The position numbers and the translations under genes are program-made. Of a stretch of DNA of 33,226 nucleotides, positions 12,488 through 24,874 are shown in pieces (positions within the stretch are counted from its first letter, which is position 1; every line of letters starts with the position of its first letter). Source of the DNA: Spongospora subterranea f. sp. subterranea (lineage: Eukaryota); NCBI GenBank assembly GCA_049724395.1, contig JAUGWO010000012.1, positions 186,001 through 219,226 of the forward strand, given 5' to 3'. The notes beneath the pieces are model-generated. The model was given only the letters and a program-made list of their open reading frames with translations, did not search any database and was not told the origin of the DNA.

Positions 12488-12858
12488 GCGACCAGTCACG
12501 GCACGTGGGCGCGGCCCCGCGTGTGCAGCCCTTGCCCGGCCGCGCATTCCGCATTAGGTACACACCACTCCATACGGTACAAAATAAATCGATTTTGGAG
12601 CAAATTGGGTGTACCTTATATGGAGGTTTCACTGTACTAATAATTTCATAGAACGAAGTAATTGCTTACGGTAACTTAAAGGGCTAGGAATTTGCTAAGA
12701 AATACTTCGATTTACTAAATTTAGATTTTTAGTCGGTAAATTTTAAATTTTTTTTTGCAATTTTAAAAAATTTGTTGTTTTAGGAATAAAATGCATAATG
12801 CATTACCTCAAATCGTTTTGCTTTTAATGGAAAATCAATAACAACAATATCAAGTAAA

Positions 12859-12999
12859 CTCTTTCACCTCGAACTGTAGCTGCCGTAGTCTCGCCGCCTC
12901 CTCGTGCAGCGTGATCTCCAAAACGTGCAGCACGTTTTGGAGATCACGCTGCACGAGGAGGCGGCGAGACTACGGCAGCTACAGTTCGAGGTGAAAGAG
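12859..12999. repeat. Perfect palindrome, 70-bp arms with a 1-nt centre
   Basis: 12859-12928 is the exact reverse complement of 12930-12999; centre is A12929. Confidence 0.97.
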
Positions 13000-13570
13000 G
13001 CGCCACATGGGGTTCGCCATAATTCCAAAGCGTCGCAATTTGCGCCTGGTCTCTCCCAAAGGCCCAGCTCGGAACTTGTCGACGAACAGTCTTGTGTATC
13101 GCTTATACACTCCTCGCTCGCCGACTCGGGAGTTCGCCGCCAACTGCAGCGCTTGTTCTTCAGTAGGCGCCGGCCTTGAAAAAGCGGGAACGGGGGCGCG
13201 GTGAGCAGCAGTCTGGGATACGGAAGCTTGTGGCATGTTCTGCTGGACCGCCTTTGCATAACTGGCCCGCTCTGGGACTCCGGCTTGTGCTGGAACTCGG
13301 CCGGGCATGTTGTCGATCGTAAAGGTGTCGTCCTTGGCTTTCTTCAGAGCCTTGAGGTCGTTCTTGATAACCGCCATCCTGTGATCTTGAGCGGCGAGCA
13401 AAGCTTGAAAATTCTCAGTCATACAACGAACGAGCTCTTGAATATCAGCTATCGTGGCAGGCGCCGACGAGTTATATGGTCCCGCCGTCAATGTATTTTA
13501 CTTCGTTTCGGTCTCCGGTACGGCACTTGCGGCATCGTGAGCATTTGGCGCGTTTTCAACATGATGATCA
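12859..13570 (-). pseudogene. Non-LTR retrotransposon ORF1 (gag-like) remnant
   Basis: Coiled-coil-like segment, an SYAKAV motif and RLFVDKFRAGPLGETRRKLRRFGI, resembling LINE ORF1 proteins; GC-rich island in AT-rich flanks. Family assignment is inference. Confidence 0.5.
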
Positions 13571-13596
13571 TTCTTCTGCACGTCAACGTGCAGAAT

Positions 13597-14515
13597 ATAC
13601 GAACTTCGTGCATATGTCTTTTTTCCTACTGTAAGAACAGTGTGAGTTGCTCTAATTGACCCAGTTTCTTCAACAAAATGTCAAGTTCAGCGTTCTGTCT
13701 GGGCGAAAGTTGAAGATCGATCGGAACAATGTTTTCAATGTAATTCATCAGCAATGAGTACCTCTTGATCATGGCATATTTGGACGGCCATCTTGTTGCA
13801 TTATCAAGGATGGGAGACAGGTGAGTTTCTTTGCGTAGAAATGCACGGTTCTTGATGGTTCGAAGAGAAATCATGATGGAGCGAATATTATCCAACATGT
13901 CTGAATAACCATTCCAAAATTTCTGCACCCCAAGGTTCAATCTATGACTGGCGCAGCCTACCATATAACATTTGCATTTGCGAGAAAGAGATTGATTAAC
14001 GGAACAGTTATCGCCAATGATGCAAGCGATATTAGACTCGGTCATATCCTTTTTCATTTCGAATTTCAGAAAATACCGCAAAAAACTGCCAAATAATGCG
14101 TTGAATGGTGGCTCCATCCATCAAAAACGATTGCAAACTGATGTGGTAGAATATCTTTGATTTTTCTCTCGACCAAGGTCGTTATCTTGATCATGCATTC
14201 TTTCAACGTCTTGATCGAAACTGGCTCCAGTTTGCAATACAATCTGGTGTTTGGCTTTTCACAAAAGTTGAAAGGCAAAAGGTCTTCAACGATCCACTTG
14301 AACAGATTAGTGTATTTTTTTCTGAAAAAGGTAGTTATTGGCTGATCAGACGTTTTGGCGACATCGACCGTATCTGCGTGATTTCTATAGATATGATCCA
14401 GTAGGTTGGACCAACCTTTTCCTCGTTTTCTTGTCTTACCACATCGACATTTCTAGACATTGTCACCTTCTTCAGCAAAGTATTTCCTGACTAATTCCTT
14501 ATTATCAACCGACAT
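13597..14515 (-). pseudogene. hAT transposase, N-terminal half (BED finger and catalytic region), disrupted
   Basis: KCRCGK..GWSNLLDHIYRNH, WIVEDLLPFNFCE, VFDGWS, IGDNCSVN, GCASHRLNL, NATRW; contains stops and a frameshift/deletion. Confidence 0.88.
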
Positions 14516-14741
14516 TGATTGAATTACCGTTTACCACGGGGTGAATATTGCCGCAAGCACCGCCACAACTGTGGTCGCGGGTACTGTGGTCGCGGATTTT
14601 TAGGAATTTTTGAAAATAGTCTGAAATTGTAGTTATTTTTTATTCACAAATTTTTTTGAGGCCTCCTCAAAGAATAATTTATTCCTACTAGAAAGGAAGG
14701 GATTAAATAAAAAAATAGGAGTAGTTATTTCCCGATTCCTG

Positions 14742-15200
14742 GTTCGTATGTCCTTGGATAAAGCAATTGGACTCTTCGAATCCTTAGAAGAACACTGCTC
14801 GGCACATTCTGCAATTGTATGCGATCCCACGTTTGAATCTGCAATATGTAAGATTCAACATAGTCAGATTTTGAACGAGCCATTGAAGTTGACTGCTGCG
14901 GAAGCGCGGTCTGTGGATCATCTCAAGGTTCAAGAACGTCGTGACAGTTTATCAAACCAGAACGTTGTTGATGACGATGGCCATGACGAGATGGCGGTGA
15001 TTTTACAATGCATAAAGCGGCCCAAGGTCAACTTACAATCTCGCTATATGGATTGTAGGTTCATAAGGCCAACAAGCAACATTTGTGAACGCTTTTTTAG
15101 CCTTCAAAGATGACAATAACCGATTACAGGAGCCGTTTGCTTCCATCAAGTCTCGAAATACAACTATTTTCGCTTTGGGACATAGAACTTTTCTATTCCG
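14742..15200 (+). pseudogene. hAT transposase, C-terminal half with dimerisation domain, frameshifted
   Basis: VRMSLD..IVCDPTFESAICKIQ, then FIRPTSNICERFFS, and after a frameshift TDYRSRLLPSSLEIQLF. Confidence 0.85.
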
Positions 15201-15362
15201 AAATGGAATAATCGGGGAATAATTCCCCTAAGAAGAACAAAGAATTCCTTTTTCCGAATATGTTTATAGAATTAAATCCCTTGGGTTTGACTGAAAAATA
15301 AATTATTTTCGGCAGGGAATAAAAATTATTTCCTACTTGGAATGATTTATTGTGCATCCCTG

Positions 15363-15750
15363 CTCTAGGGGCGGCATAGTGTAATGATCACATCGTTCAC
15401 TGGAATTCTGGAAACTTTTTCCTGTGACAACATCGGAAAATTTCAAAGCCATGGCATTGGCAGCTGAAGCCAAGTATGTACGTGTTGCCAGAGTCAATGC
15501 ACGATGATTCGGTATCTGGGGACAATGCCGAGCGAGGGTGAACCGCACCCATCGAGAGAGTGAACCAGATGAATCGGACGAAGCGTCCTCCATGATGAAT
15601 CGCACAAGGCTGCAGAAACCTCATTACTTCATCCATCTATCGAACGCGTTCAATCTGGACTCAGGAAGCTCTGCACCTCGTTCGGTGAGGTAATTCAGAA
15701 TTCGCAACAGATTCAGCGGGTGGGCATCGAATGCGTGCAATCTGATTTTG
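15363..15750 (-). other. Possible gene or pseudogene fragment abutting the hAT end
   Basis: Coding-like ORF pieces (15333-15605) with no recognisable domain. Confidence 0.2.
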
Positions 15751-16733
15751 CTTTAATACGTCGAGTTAAGAAAATCAAGGATCAACCACCAAATACAGTC
15801 AATCAAGAAACCAATTTGACTTAGTTGTGGTGGCTCAGCAATGGAAAATTTTCTTAGACCTCGCCGTTTCAACGATAAACGGCTCGTTTTAGCTTACTGT
15901 TTTTTGACACTTTCAGCAGGTTGCGAAGGTTATCGTTTGATTGGGTAATTGATCGACATGCAGATTGGTCTGCAAGCTGGAACAGAATGGTCAATACAGT
16001 GGACCAAGTGATCCTCACTACAGCCTTCAGCCCCAAGTTGCTGGAAATATTGCTCTCGAGTACGTCTGGCAGCCACTAACGCATCAGAATCGTTATCTGC
16101 AAAACAATAGCCTGTAGTGTCTGTGGATCTGTGTCACCGACAGACCCAACGTTATGCAGCTATTGAATCCCTGAGGTTGTCCGACGCCCGGGTCACCTTA
16201 AGGGCAAAACACGGCCGTATAATTGATACCTCAATTACATGGAAATGAGGGCAGGACCAATTAATGTCAACCATATCAAAACCCTCCATCGAGGCATATA
16301 GAATACCAAACATTCAGCGAAACCTGGGATGGAAACAATGGCACCTGACCGCAAAAAAAAAAACAACTCAATGATGCGCTGGGTCCTTCAAGTGGGCGGT
16401 TTGTATCCCTGGGGCTGTTCCAGGGCAAGAAAAGGATTGTCGGTTCAGAGCATGTGGAGATCAAGAGCCGACGAAAAACACCGAGTTGTCCAAATGTTCA
16501 ACCTCCTTTCGTGGATATATACACGAGACTGATCAACAGGTTCATCGATAGTCGGAAAGCTGACTCGTTATCAGATCAATTGTCTGGATTCCATTCAGGT
16601 GTATTGCATCCACCCGATTCGTTTTGTGTACGACCACATGGAACACTAATTTCGATTAACGACGAAGCAGACCCCCTAGGGTGGTTCACGTCAGAAAGGG
16701 TCGCCCTCTGATACGATCTTGATGTCGGACGCG

Positions 16734-17589
16734 TGTTCGAGAGGAATAGATAGTGGAAGGCAGGACGAATCCATGAGACCCTGTGGCCTATCCATTGATG
16801 CAAATCTTAGAAGAAGAGAAGAGAGAGGTCTGAAAACCGGGTTTGTTTTCCTCTCGAACAAGCGTTGGACAGTGAGATCGCATCAGGGAGCAAATATCCG
16901 AAAATCTTCCCTTTGTTTTGACGCGAATTGCTGTAAGGGGCGACCTAGACGCCTTGTTTGACGACGATTTGCCGGCGAATGCACTTGCTGATGAAGGAAC
17001 TTCGATGATCTCGTTGACGGAATGAGCCTGTCGCCCTACAGATTTAAACAACGTTATTTACAATGAACACAGAGGTGATGGCAGTTTGCAGCAATACGGG
17101 ACGGTTGATGAATGATCAACTGATGGCAATACTGTGAAATGCTTTCTGGATGGAAATGCTTCATCAACCGTCACGAATTGCTGCAAACTGCCCAGACCTC
17201 TGTTTTCGCTGTTGATAAAAGCTCATTGTTCGAATCTGTTAGCGACAGGGTTATCACTTCAGGAAGATCAATGAAGACCAGAGTCCATTTCAAGGTCAGA
17301 TTTATACCCTAGATTGAAAGCGCATCGTCGGTCAAAATCGTCTTCGAAAAAGGCGTCGAGGTCAACCATTACAGCAGTTTGCGATTGTGTCAACTAGTTG
17401 CTGGATGGAATTGATCGGTCTTGGGGTCCTTGACGTGCTTTCCTGGCCTTAAACCAGTCACGAAAACACAAATGACACATCAAGGCGCTTTTCCCAGACC
17501 CAGAACGTCGCCTCACATATCGATGGCCGATCGACAAATATTATGTTTTAGCTGGATCAGGGCGAATCTCCCTGTACTCGACTTGAATA
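16734..17589 (+). repeat. Long imperfect inverted repeat (fold-back), candidate hairpin-RNA locus
   Basis: Inner 43-bp stem 17070-17112/17160-17202 (38 of 43 paired). Complementarity is clear out to 16922/17383 and patchy out to about 16734/17589. Confidence 0.85.
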
Positions 17590-17933
17590 ACTTCTCAAAA
17601 ATGCATTAAAACAGCAGAAAGTTTCTTCATCTCTTCAGAGAATGCTCAAAATACACACCCTGGACGTAATGATTTCCCACTAGGTCTGGTGTTGTTGATG
17701 ATGTTTGGTGTTGTCCCCAATACATATCGCCCGATCCCGATTGTGACGATAAGCGAACTGTACTCCCATTGATAGGTGTTCTCCGCCCAAATTGACCACG
17801 AATTGAGTCAATTTCTGGGACAATTCCCGGGTCAACCCCAAATTCCAATCTCTGATAAATCATCCTTTGTTTGCGATCGGGTCCAACGAATGAATATCCG
17901 CCATCAGTTTGCGTCCACAATTTAGCGATTTTG

Positions 17934-20900
17934 ATGGCGTGGAAAGGTAAAAGTTCGTCGCCCAGGACGGCGACGTGAAATCCGCTGTTGGCCGCCCCAT
18001 AAACGAAGTCGATCGGTTCAGATTTCGAAAACGTCGACGTGTCGTATCAGGAGCTGACCGAGAACACAGACGTGATCGTTCGCGATGATCCCCAGCGTGG
18101 GTCGTTGGCCGATCAGATCAAGTTCATCGACGAGATCGCCGCGTCGGGGAAACAGTTCAAAGGGGTCCGCATGTTGGTGGCGATCGTCAAGTAAATCCAT
18201 CGGTTGGAACCAGGTTCGCCACGTGTGTTAAATGTTTTGATTGACAGATACAACCTGGATTTCCCCGATCTTATCGCCAGCGCCTGTCGGAAAATCAAGG
18301 TGCCAAATCGTGGACCCAGAACACCAGAACCGTGTTTTCGGGGGTTCTGAAATCAATATTCGGGTTCAGGTTCTGTGTCGCGATTGGCAATGCCAAGTCG
18401 AACACGCCAAAGAGCTGTTCGTTCGTGGAATTCCACGATATATTCTCTCGGCGATGGAGCTGTGGGAAAAGTCTCGCGATGGGACCCCATCTCATCGATA
18501 CGATGTTGACGCGTTTCCACGATTCTATGGCGCCCTCTGTATTCGACTGACATTCCAAATAACTGAGCGCGAACGCATTTGACCATTATTCAACGCAGTT
18601 GAGGCGATACACAGCATGTCGTTCAACGTTGAACGGGGAACGTTTATGCAGAATTTCGATGTCGACATTCAAGGGATGATCCTGGAATACACGATGAACG
18701 CCATGAGGCAGTGCCCTGATCATTTACATCTTCAGGTGATGAATCCGCCGATTCCGGTCTGGGTCTGAACTGATTGTCGTCATCGTCAATCAGGTTAATT
18801 CCGCCTGGGTTTTGCTGAACCTTTGCTATCTTCACAAGGCCAATCAGATCAAGGTGCTGTCGTTTGTCATCCCCGATATCTTCGGTGATGGAAGCGACGA
18901 CTTACTTCTGCCTTTTTCGATCAACACAGGTCGCCGAACTCAACGGGGTGGAGCTCGTGATCACCGCCATGAAACGGTTCGAGAATGAGCCCGAAATGCA
19001 GGATAAAGGGTGTGGATCGCTGAGAAATATGGCCGATTTGGGGATGATCAATCGATCCATTGCAGATAATGGAGGAATTAACCAGGTCGCTATTTGTGCC
19101 CTGAGAAAACGCGTTTTCACACAAATCCCGATCTAGGTGCTGCAAGCGATGGACAGCTTCAGCCACGTTCCGTCAATCGTGGCCAACTCGATCGGGGCGC
19201 TGAGGAATATGGCGTTCAATGCTGAGAATCGGGAAGGAATTTGCCGTCTAGGCGCTCTGAACCAGATCCTGACCCTGATGGAGCGCCATCTCAAGTCGTC
19301 GCTCGTCCAGGTCTTTCAGTCGTCACACACGCCCATAGGAGCGCACTTCAACCTGAAAACCCAAACAGGAATTCAGTCTCGAGACGATCTGGAATCTCTG
19401 TATCCATAAAGATATTCGCGAGAGGTTCATCGCGAGTCCGATCGTCAGCGTCGTGTTGAATTCGTTGCGAGCGCATAAACAGTAACGTTCCCGGAAAATT
19501 CGCGTTGTTCATACCCAGATATGGGAATTTATTTGCTTTGTTGTTGATCAGCGATCAGCGAATCGCGGTCGAGGCGCTGAACGTGGTCGGCTACCTGGCG
19601 CTGGATCCAACGCTGGAGAAACAGCTGATGGAACATGACGTGCTGAAAGTCGTTCTCGATATATTGTCCAGGTTCTCACACGTGATGACTGTCCAGGAGA
19701 AGGTCATTTCATTAGACTGTTTTCGTTTGAACCTCATGTTTTGGTTGGTCTGACATCATTTCGGTATGGGTTTTTCGTTGGTTTAGGGAATTCAAGTCCT
19801 ACTGGTGTTCAGCCAGTTTGAGCGATGCCACGCCCGGATCGTGAAGCATCGGGGGATCGGGCGCATTCTTCAGGCCATGAAGCAGTACACGGGGGCGGTG
19901 TCGCTGCAGGAGGATTCCCTTGGGGTGCTGCTGAACCTGTGCATGAAAGGTGATTCACAATCATCTCTCTCCCGCTAGCGCCAGACTGATCCCGATCAGC
20001 CCAAACGTCGATGCGGATCATGGACAAAGGCGGCCTGATTCGGGTTCTGCGAACAATGGAACAGCATTCGTCGATCAGCTGCGTTCAGCAACGAGCTTGC
20101 GGTGTCCTCAGCTTATTCTCCTCAATCCGTAAACTGGGTTTACATTTTCTGCCGACTCGGCCATCGCTCAAACCGCTATCGCATGTGTTGCAGCGGAGAA
20201 CGGGAGGCGGGTGCTGATGGCGAAGAAGGGCGCGATCTCCCTGATCGTATCGGCGATGGACGAACATACATCGGTTCCCCATGTTCAGCAATACGGTTGC
20301 GATGTTCTCGCCAATCTGGCCCTAAACAGTATCAGACGCCGACAGCGAATTCTATCGTATTCGCTGACGAATTGACAACAGATTACAGTCAGGTTCAGAT
20401 ACCGTTGAAAGGCGGTGTGATTGCCATTATCGACGCAATGAAAGCCCATCCGACGGATTGTCATGTTCTAGAGCGAGCTTGCGCCGCATTATGGAATCTG
20501 TCGGTCACCAGTACGTTGTCGAATGTTGCTCCATGGAACCTCGGCGCTGATCCCCGTCGTTTGTCAGGTCGGAATCAAGAGCGGATAACAACGGTGGGCG
20601 GAGCCGATCTGCTGTTGAAGTGCCTCCGCGATCACCCCAACGCCGAGAATTTGCAATACAATTGCTGTGGCGCCATCAGGAATCTGTCCTTGTTCCCAAC
20701 TATGAGGTCGGTCGACGAATTCCCCATCTCGCTCGGCCTAGCGCATCGACTTGGGGCCTTTCAGGGAACATCTCCAACGGCTGAACGTATTCCCACACCT
20801 GATCGAGTCGATGCGTCGCCATATCAAGTGTTTGAGTCTTCAACAGGAGGCGTGCGGTGCCGTTGTCCATTTATGCCTGAACCCGATCAACAGGAAGGAA

Positions 20901-21484
20901 AGTCGTCCATCTCACCTCGTTATCGCCAAAACGATGGTGAAAAAACATTTGTCCTTGTGTTTAGATGTTCGGCGAAGCCAATATCTTCGAAAGGATCTTC
21001 GAGGCGATGGAGCGACATCGGTCCGATCATCGTTTACAGAATCATTGTGTCGGGGCGCTGCTCAATCTGACCATTGACGGTTGGCCGCGTTTCGCCATTT
21101 GGGAAAATAAATGACAAAAACGAGGATGGAATCAGATGAGAATAAGAGGAAAATCATGTCAGAGGATATGATTCGAACGCTTTTGGAGACGATGAGGCGC
21201 TATCCGAATCTGGAAGTGATTCAGGAACGATCGGTGCGAATATTTCTTCATTGCTCGTCGCTAGGTTTGGGGGAAAATTCGCATTGGCGGTGGAATGCTG
21301 ATCTGGGAACGCAGAGGAGAACGTGAAAATGCTGAGGGACCTGGAGGTGTCGAAGTGGGTGAATCGATCGATGAAAACGATCTGGTTCAACAATAATCTG
21401 ATGCGGTTCGGGCAAGAGACGCTGCAGAATTTGGGAGCCGATGTGGACAAGGAGGCCGTTATCCCTGGAGATCAGGAACAGTAG
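17934..21484 (+). CDS. Armadillo-repeat protein, many exons
   Basis: ATG at 17934 (MAWK|DFEN); repeated ARM units such as GVELVITAMKRF..MQDKGCGSLRNMA, GGVIAIIDAMKAH..VLERACAALWNLS and LQYNCCGAIRNLS; TAG at 21482-21484. Confidence 0.85.
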
Positions 21485-21782
21485 AGACAATGAGGGAATT
21501 GCTGATAATACAATATGACGTCAATAGGTTGTGATGATTTGTTGATTACCATCTGCTCTTGCCGCTTTTATCGACAGCAATCGATAGGGGAGAAAGATCA
21601 ATTTGCGAAACCTACACTTGAAGATAGAACGTTTCCTGGGAAGCTGTTTCCAAATAAGCGGAAAACGCAGCCTGGAGAACCTCAAGAGCAGCGTCATTTT
21701 CCATATGGTCACAGCTGGAGCGTCAAAAAAATCAATTAGCTTTACCTGATCGTGATGGGGCGGACAAAAGCCGATATATGAC

Positions 21783-23723
21783 TTAGTCCCATAAAAGAGT
21801 TGGCCAATCTTGAGCAACAGAAGCAAAGACTCTGAATTTGCTTCTGAGTTTTGAAATTTCAATATTCTGACAGAGGTGATCAGCACCATGATGATCAATC
21901 GGCATGACTATATCTATAGATGGAGCTACAATTGACCCTGCACCCTGAACAGCAAGCAAATCTGAAAAAAATACGCAAAACGCCATCAAGGAAGTCGCAA
22001 GTATTCTAGAGAGCAAGCAAAAATGAAAGTCATATATATTAACGACATAGAGAGGAAAAAACAGCCAATACACACACTTAGCAATGTTCAGATAGCGTCA
22101 TATTCAATAATTGATCCGCTGCGTTCTCAACAAGTCGCATCTGCATACGACCCGAATGAAGAAGTTCTACATTGCCGTGTATACCTGCCTCTAATTCGGC
22201 CCGTTCATACAGCAAGGATAGGACGGTTGTAAGCTGGCGAATCACGCTTGAATTGATGCGAAGACGATGTGCAAGAAAGCAGAACATGCCAGCGTTAAGG
22301 GCAGTCGATACACAGTCAAGACAGGATAGGCTTTGGGCCGTCATTGGGGAATTCAAAGGCGACGTAAAATCGGGTTTAAATCGGGATATGCATGACGAAA
22401 TCAGGGACATGAATGAATTGAGACTAAGACAGGAAAAAGGTCAATAATGGGCTTAGTACACAATGGACGAAACCTGTCGTTCCTTTCGCCGCGGATGTTG
22501 GCGATACGATCCTTCATAACACGAAGAGCTATCGAAGCCAGTTGCGGTCGATCATCAAAATATTGATGAACGAAAAGCGACAGAGTGGAGTTTGATGCGA
22601 TCGACGACAGTAACTGTAGAACAAGAGCGCATTAACAAAAAATATCTATGTAAACCAAAGGAATATGTACTTTGCCTGGTAGTCGAGATTGCGATGGGGA
22701 CAGACAGGTCGCGGGTAGTAAAACATGAACAGCACTAGACAGCAACTCCACATCTGAACATGCCCATTCCGCCAACAGAGGAATCAGGTCTTCTATAAGT
22801 GTGCATGCTAGCTCAACGCGCTCGCATTTGACTAAACTAACAACCGAACGTAACAACGCCATGCTGTCGAGTAAAGCTTCTTAATGAAGAAACGATTATG
22901 GACAAATCACGTCATAACCTTATATCTTCTTTGGAAGATAGTACGGATTTGACACTAAGATCATTCTCAAACCAATGATGGAGAATAATCGATAGACCGA
23001 TGAGATCAGTAACTGGGGCCGATTTCGCCCTGCAAACAGCTTCATCGAACGGTATCGACCTTGATATTTCCCTACAGTATCGTCTTTCGGTATTCTCTTC
23101 ATTCATTAATTGCAGCGCCAATGAAAACCCGAAATCATCACGTATAAATTGCAATGATAGTTGTTGTAATTGAGAAAGAATGCTCTTGGACTGAGACCAA
23201 TCGGAGCTCTGACTGGAAAATCATATACAACGTTTACAGCGATTAAGAGAGCGGCTACCCACCGAAAGTCGGCATACGATAACTTGAGCAAGAGATGCTT
23301 TGATTTTACCACCTCGAGAGGTGTTCAGTTCAGGTCGGGATAGTAATAGAGATACGGATTGGAAAATAATGTCGTGATTAGACGATATATCCTGGTTCAA
23401 TATCTGCGATAGGGATATAGCTAGCTCAGCTGGACTGCCTAACGATATAACCCTATGGAATAATGCAGAGGCGATGGGCCATATGATGATATACTGAGCA
23501 ATGAAGGGTAAAATTTCCCAGCCTGAGCGATGACAATTATTGAGTGTAGTTATGGTCGGAATAACATGCCTTGCTCGTGAACAGCACTATCTGGCATGTC
23601 GGCGAGCTGTTCCAGAATCTGTTGCAGGTCCGACTCCGCTAGGTCCACCGCCAACGAGGCTATTAGGTCACTGTAATAGTGATCATGTTGTGCGGGCTCC
23701 CTGGCGAGGGAATCACTGACCAT
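21783..23723 (-). CDS. Hypothetical helical-repeat-like protein, multi-exon
   Basis: ATG at 23723 (MVSDSLARE..) and a chain of leucine-rich ORF segments separated by GT-AG introns; no recognisable family. Confidence 0.55.
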
Positions 23724-23971
23724 AACTCAGTTATAATCACTTCTGGAACTGAGAGATGATATTACGGATTACCACACCTGCGCAACCTTGGGGACCGAAA
23801 CGTTACAGTCCTTTCAAACTGGAAATGAAAAATTGCGTTCACAGATACAATTTGCGTCACGGCGCAAAACAAAATGTGACTGCATACCCTCTACTTGGCG
23901 CAGGAAGTTGCGGTAAACATATAAAAGTTCGAAAATCCGATGTTTAAAATCCAAGTTCAGGAAGCAAAGTT

Positions 23972-24874
23972 TTATAACCATAAATCCATTGAAGGTTGTT
24001 CCGACAACATGATCTGCGTGATCTGCATTATCGCGCCAAAGCATTTGCAATGCAATTCGTCACTCTTGTGTCTCCAGGAACGTAAAACGGCAAAGTGTTT
24101 GATCCTTTTGTTGACCGTTTCCGATCGCGCCATTATGCGTTTGTGCTGTCGATTAAATGTCCTAGCGTATTGGGTTTGTGGATCACCAAAGGGCGTGCTA
24201 AATTGACGACAACCCCTGTAACCTTTGTCTGCCAATGCTTGCTCGTCTTCATCTAGCATTTTGGTAAATCCAGATTGCGCAAGCACAAGGTCTGGATGAG
24301 CACCACATGGAACACCTCCATTCCACCATAGGATCTTCGATGTTCCCAATGCCATGGCAATTTCATATCTCAGACCGGCGTGATTCAATTTATGCGAAAA
24401 ATAGGCCTTGTTGAAAGGATGATGTTCGTCAATTTTACAATCTGTCCCGTCCAAAGTACAGCAAGCTGATCGGTGAGTCCAGTTTTCATAACGGTCATCG
24501 AAATCAATCTGACGACAAATGTTTAGTTGGTGTATGAGAAAACTTAATAATTTACCAAGTCCAAACGTCGGATTCTTTCGATTAAGATCCAAATCCACTT
24601 CCGATAGGTTTTTTCGGTTACTTTAAAAGTAGCTGCTGCTACTTCTTCCAACGGATATATTTTCAAGAAATATAGAGCCATCAGTAAATGAATAAAACGA
24701 AAACGGAACATGTTGGCCGGCAAGTGAAATTAAAAGTTTTTGCCAAAGAACCACAGTTCCCGTAATGCTCATACCGAAAAATGTTCTGAACTTTCGTTCC
24801 CACACCGATGATATGACGCTGGACCCGATTATTGAAGATGCCAAAAGCTCACATCTGCGTCGCATCGAAGCCAT
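23972..24874 (-). pseudogene. Harbinger/IS5-like DDE_Tnp_4 transposase (one intron, one frameshift)
   Basis: FRTFFG, HLLMALYFLKIYP, LDGTDC, YFSHKLNHAGLRYEIA, LADKGYRG, ARSETVNKRIKHFAVL; frameshift near 24700. Confidence 0.88.

Larger units (their letters stand above)
11598..12634. mobile_element. Non-autonomous pogo/Tigger-like (Tc1/mariner superfamily) DNA transposon
   Basis: Perfect 25-bp TIRs CAGTGAAACCTCCATATAAGGTACA (11598-11622 / 12610-12634), TA on both flanks, and an internal DDE_1 remnant. Confidence 0.92.
13597..15362. mobile_element. hAT-superfamily DNA transposon, internally rearranged (5' half inverted)
   Basis: Ends CAGGAATCGGGAAATAA (minus, starting at 14741) and CAGGGATGCACAATAA (minus, starting at 15362); GAATAA/TTATT subterminal motifs; two transposase halves on opposite strands. 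Confidence 0.8.

Noticed and set aside
17627..18835. Minus-strand ORFs (17627-17920, 18018-18200, 18295-18558, 18644-18835) as a gene
   Set aside because: Most are antisense shadows of ARM-gene exons; 17627-17920 has no recognisable features or supported structure.
20102..21070. 322-aa ORF as a standalone gene
   Set aside because: It crosses several introns of the ARM-repeat gene; only parts are in the true coding frame.
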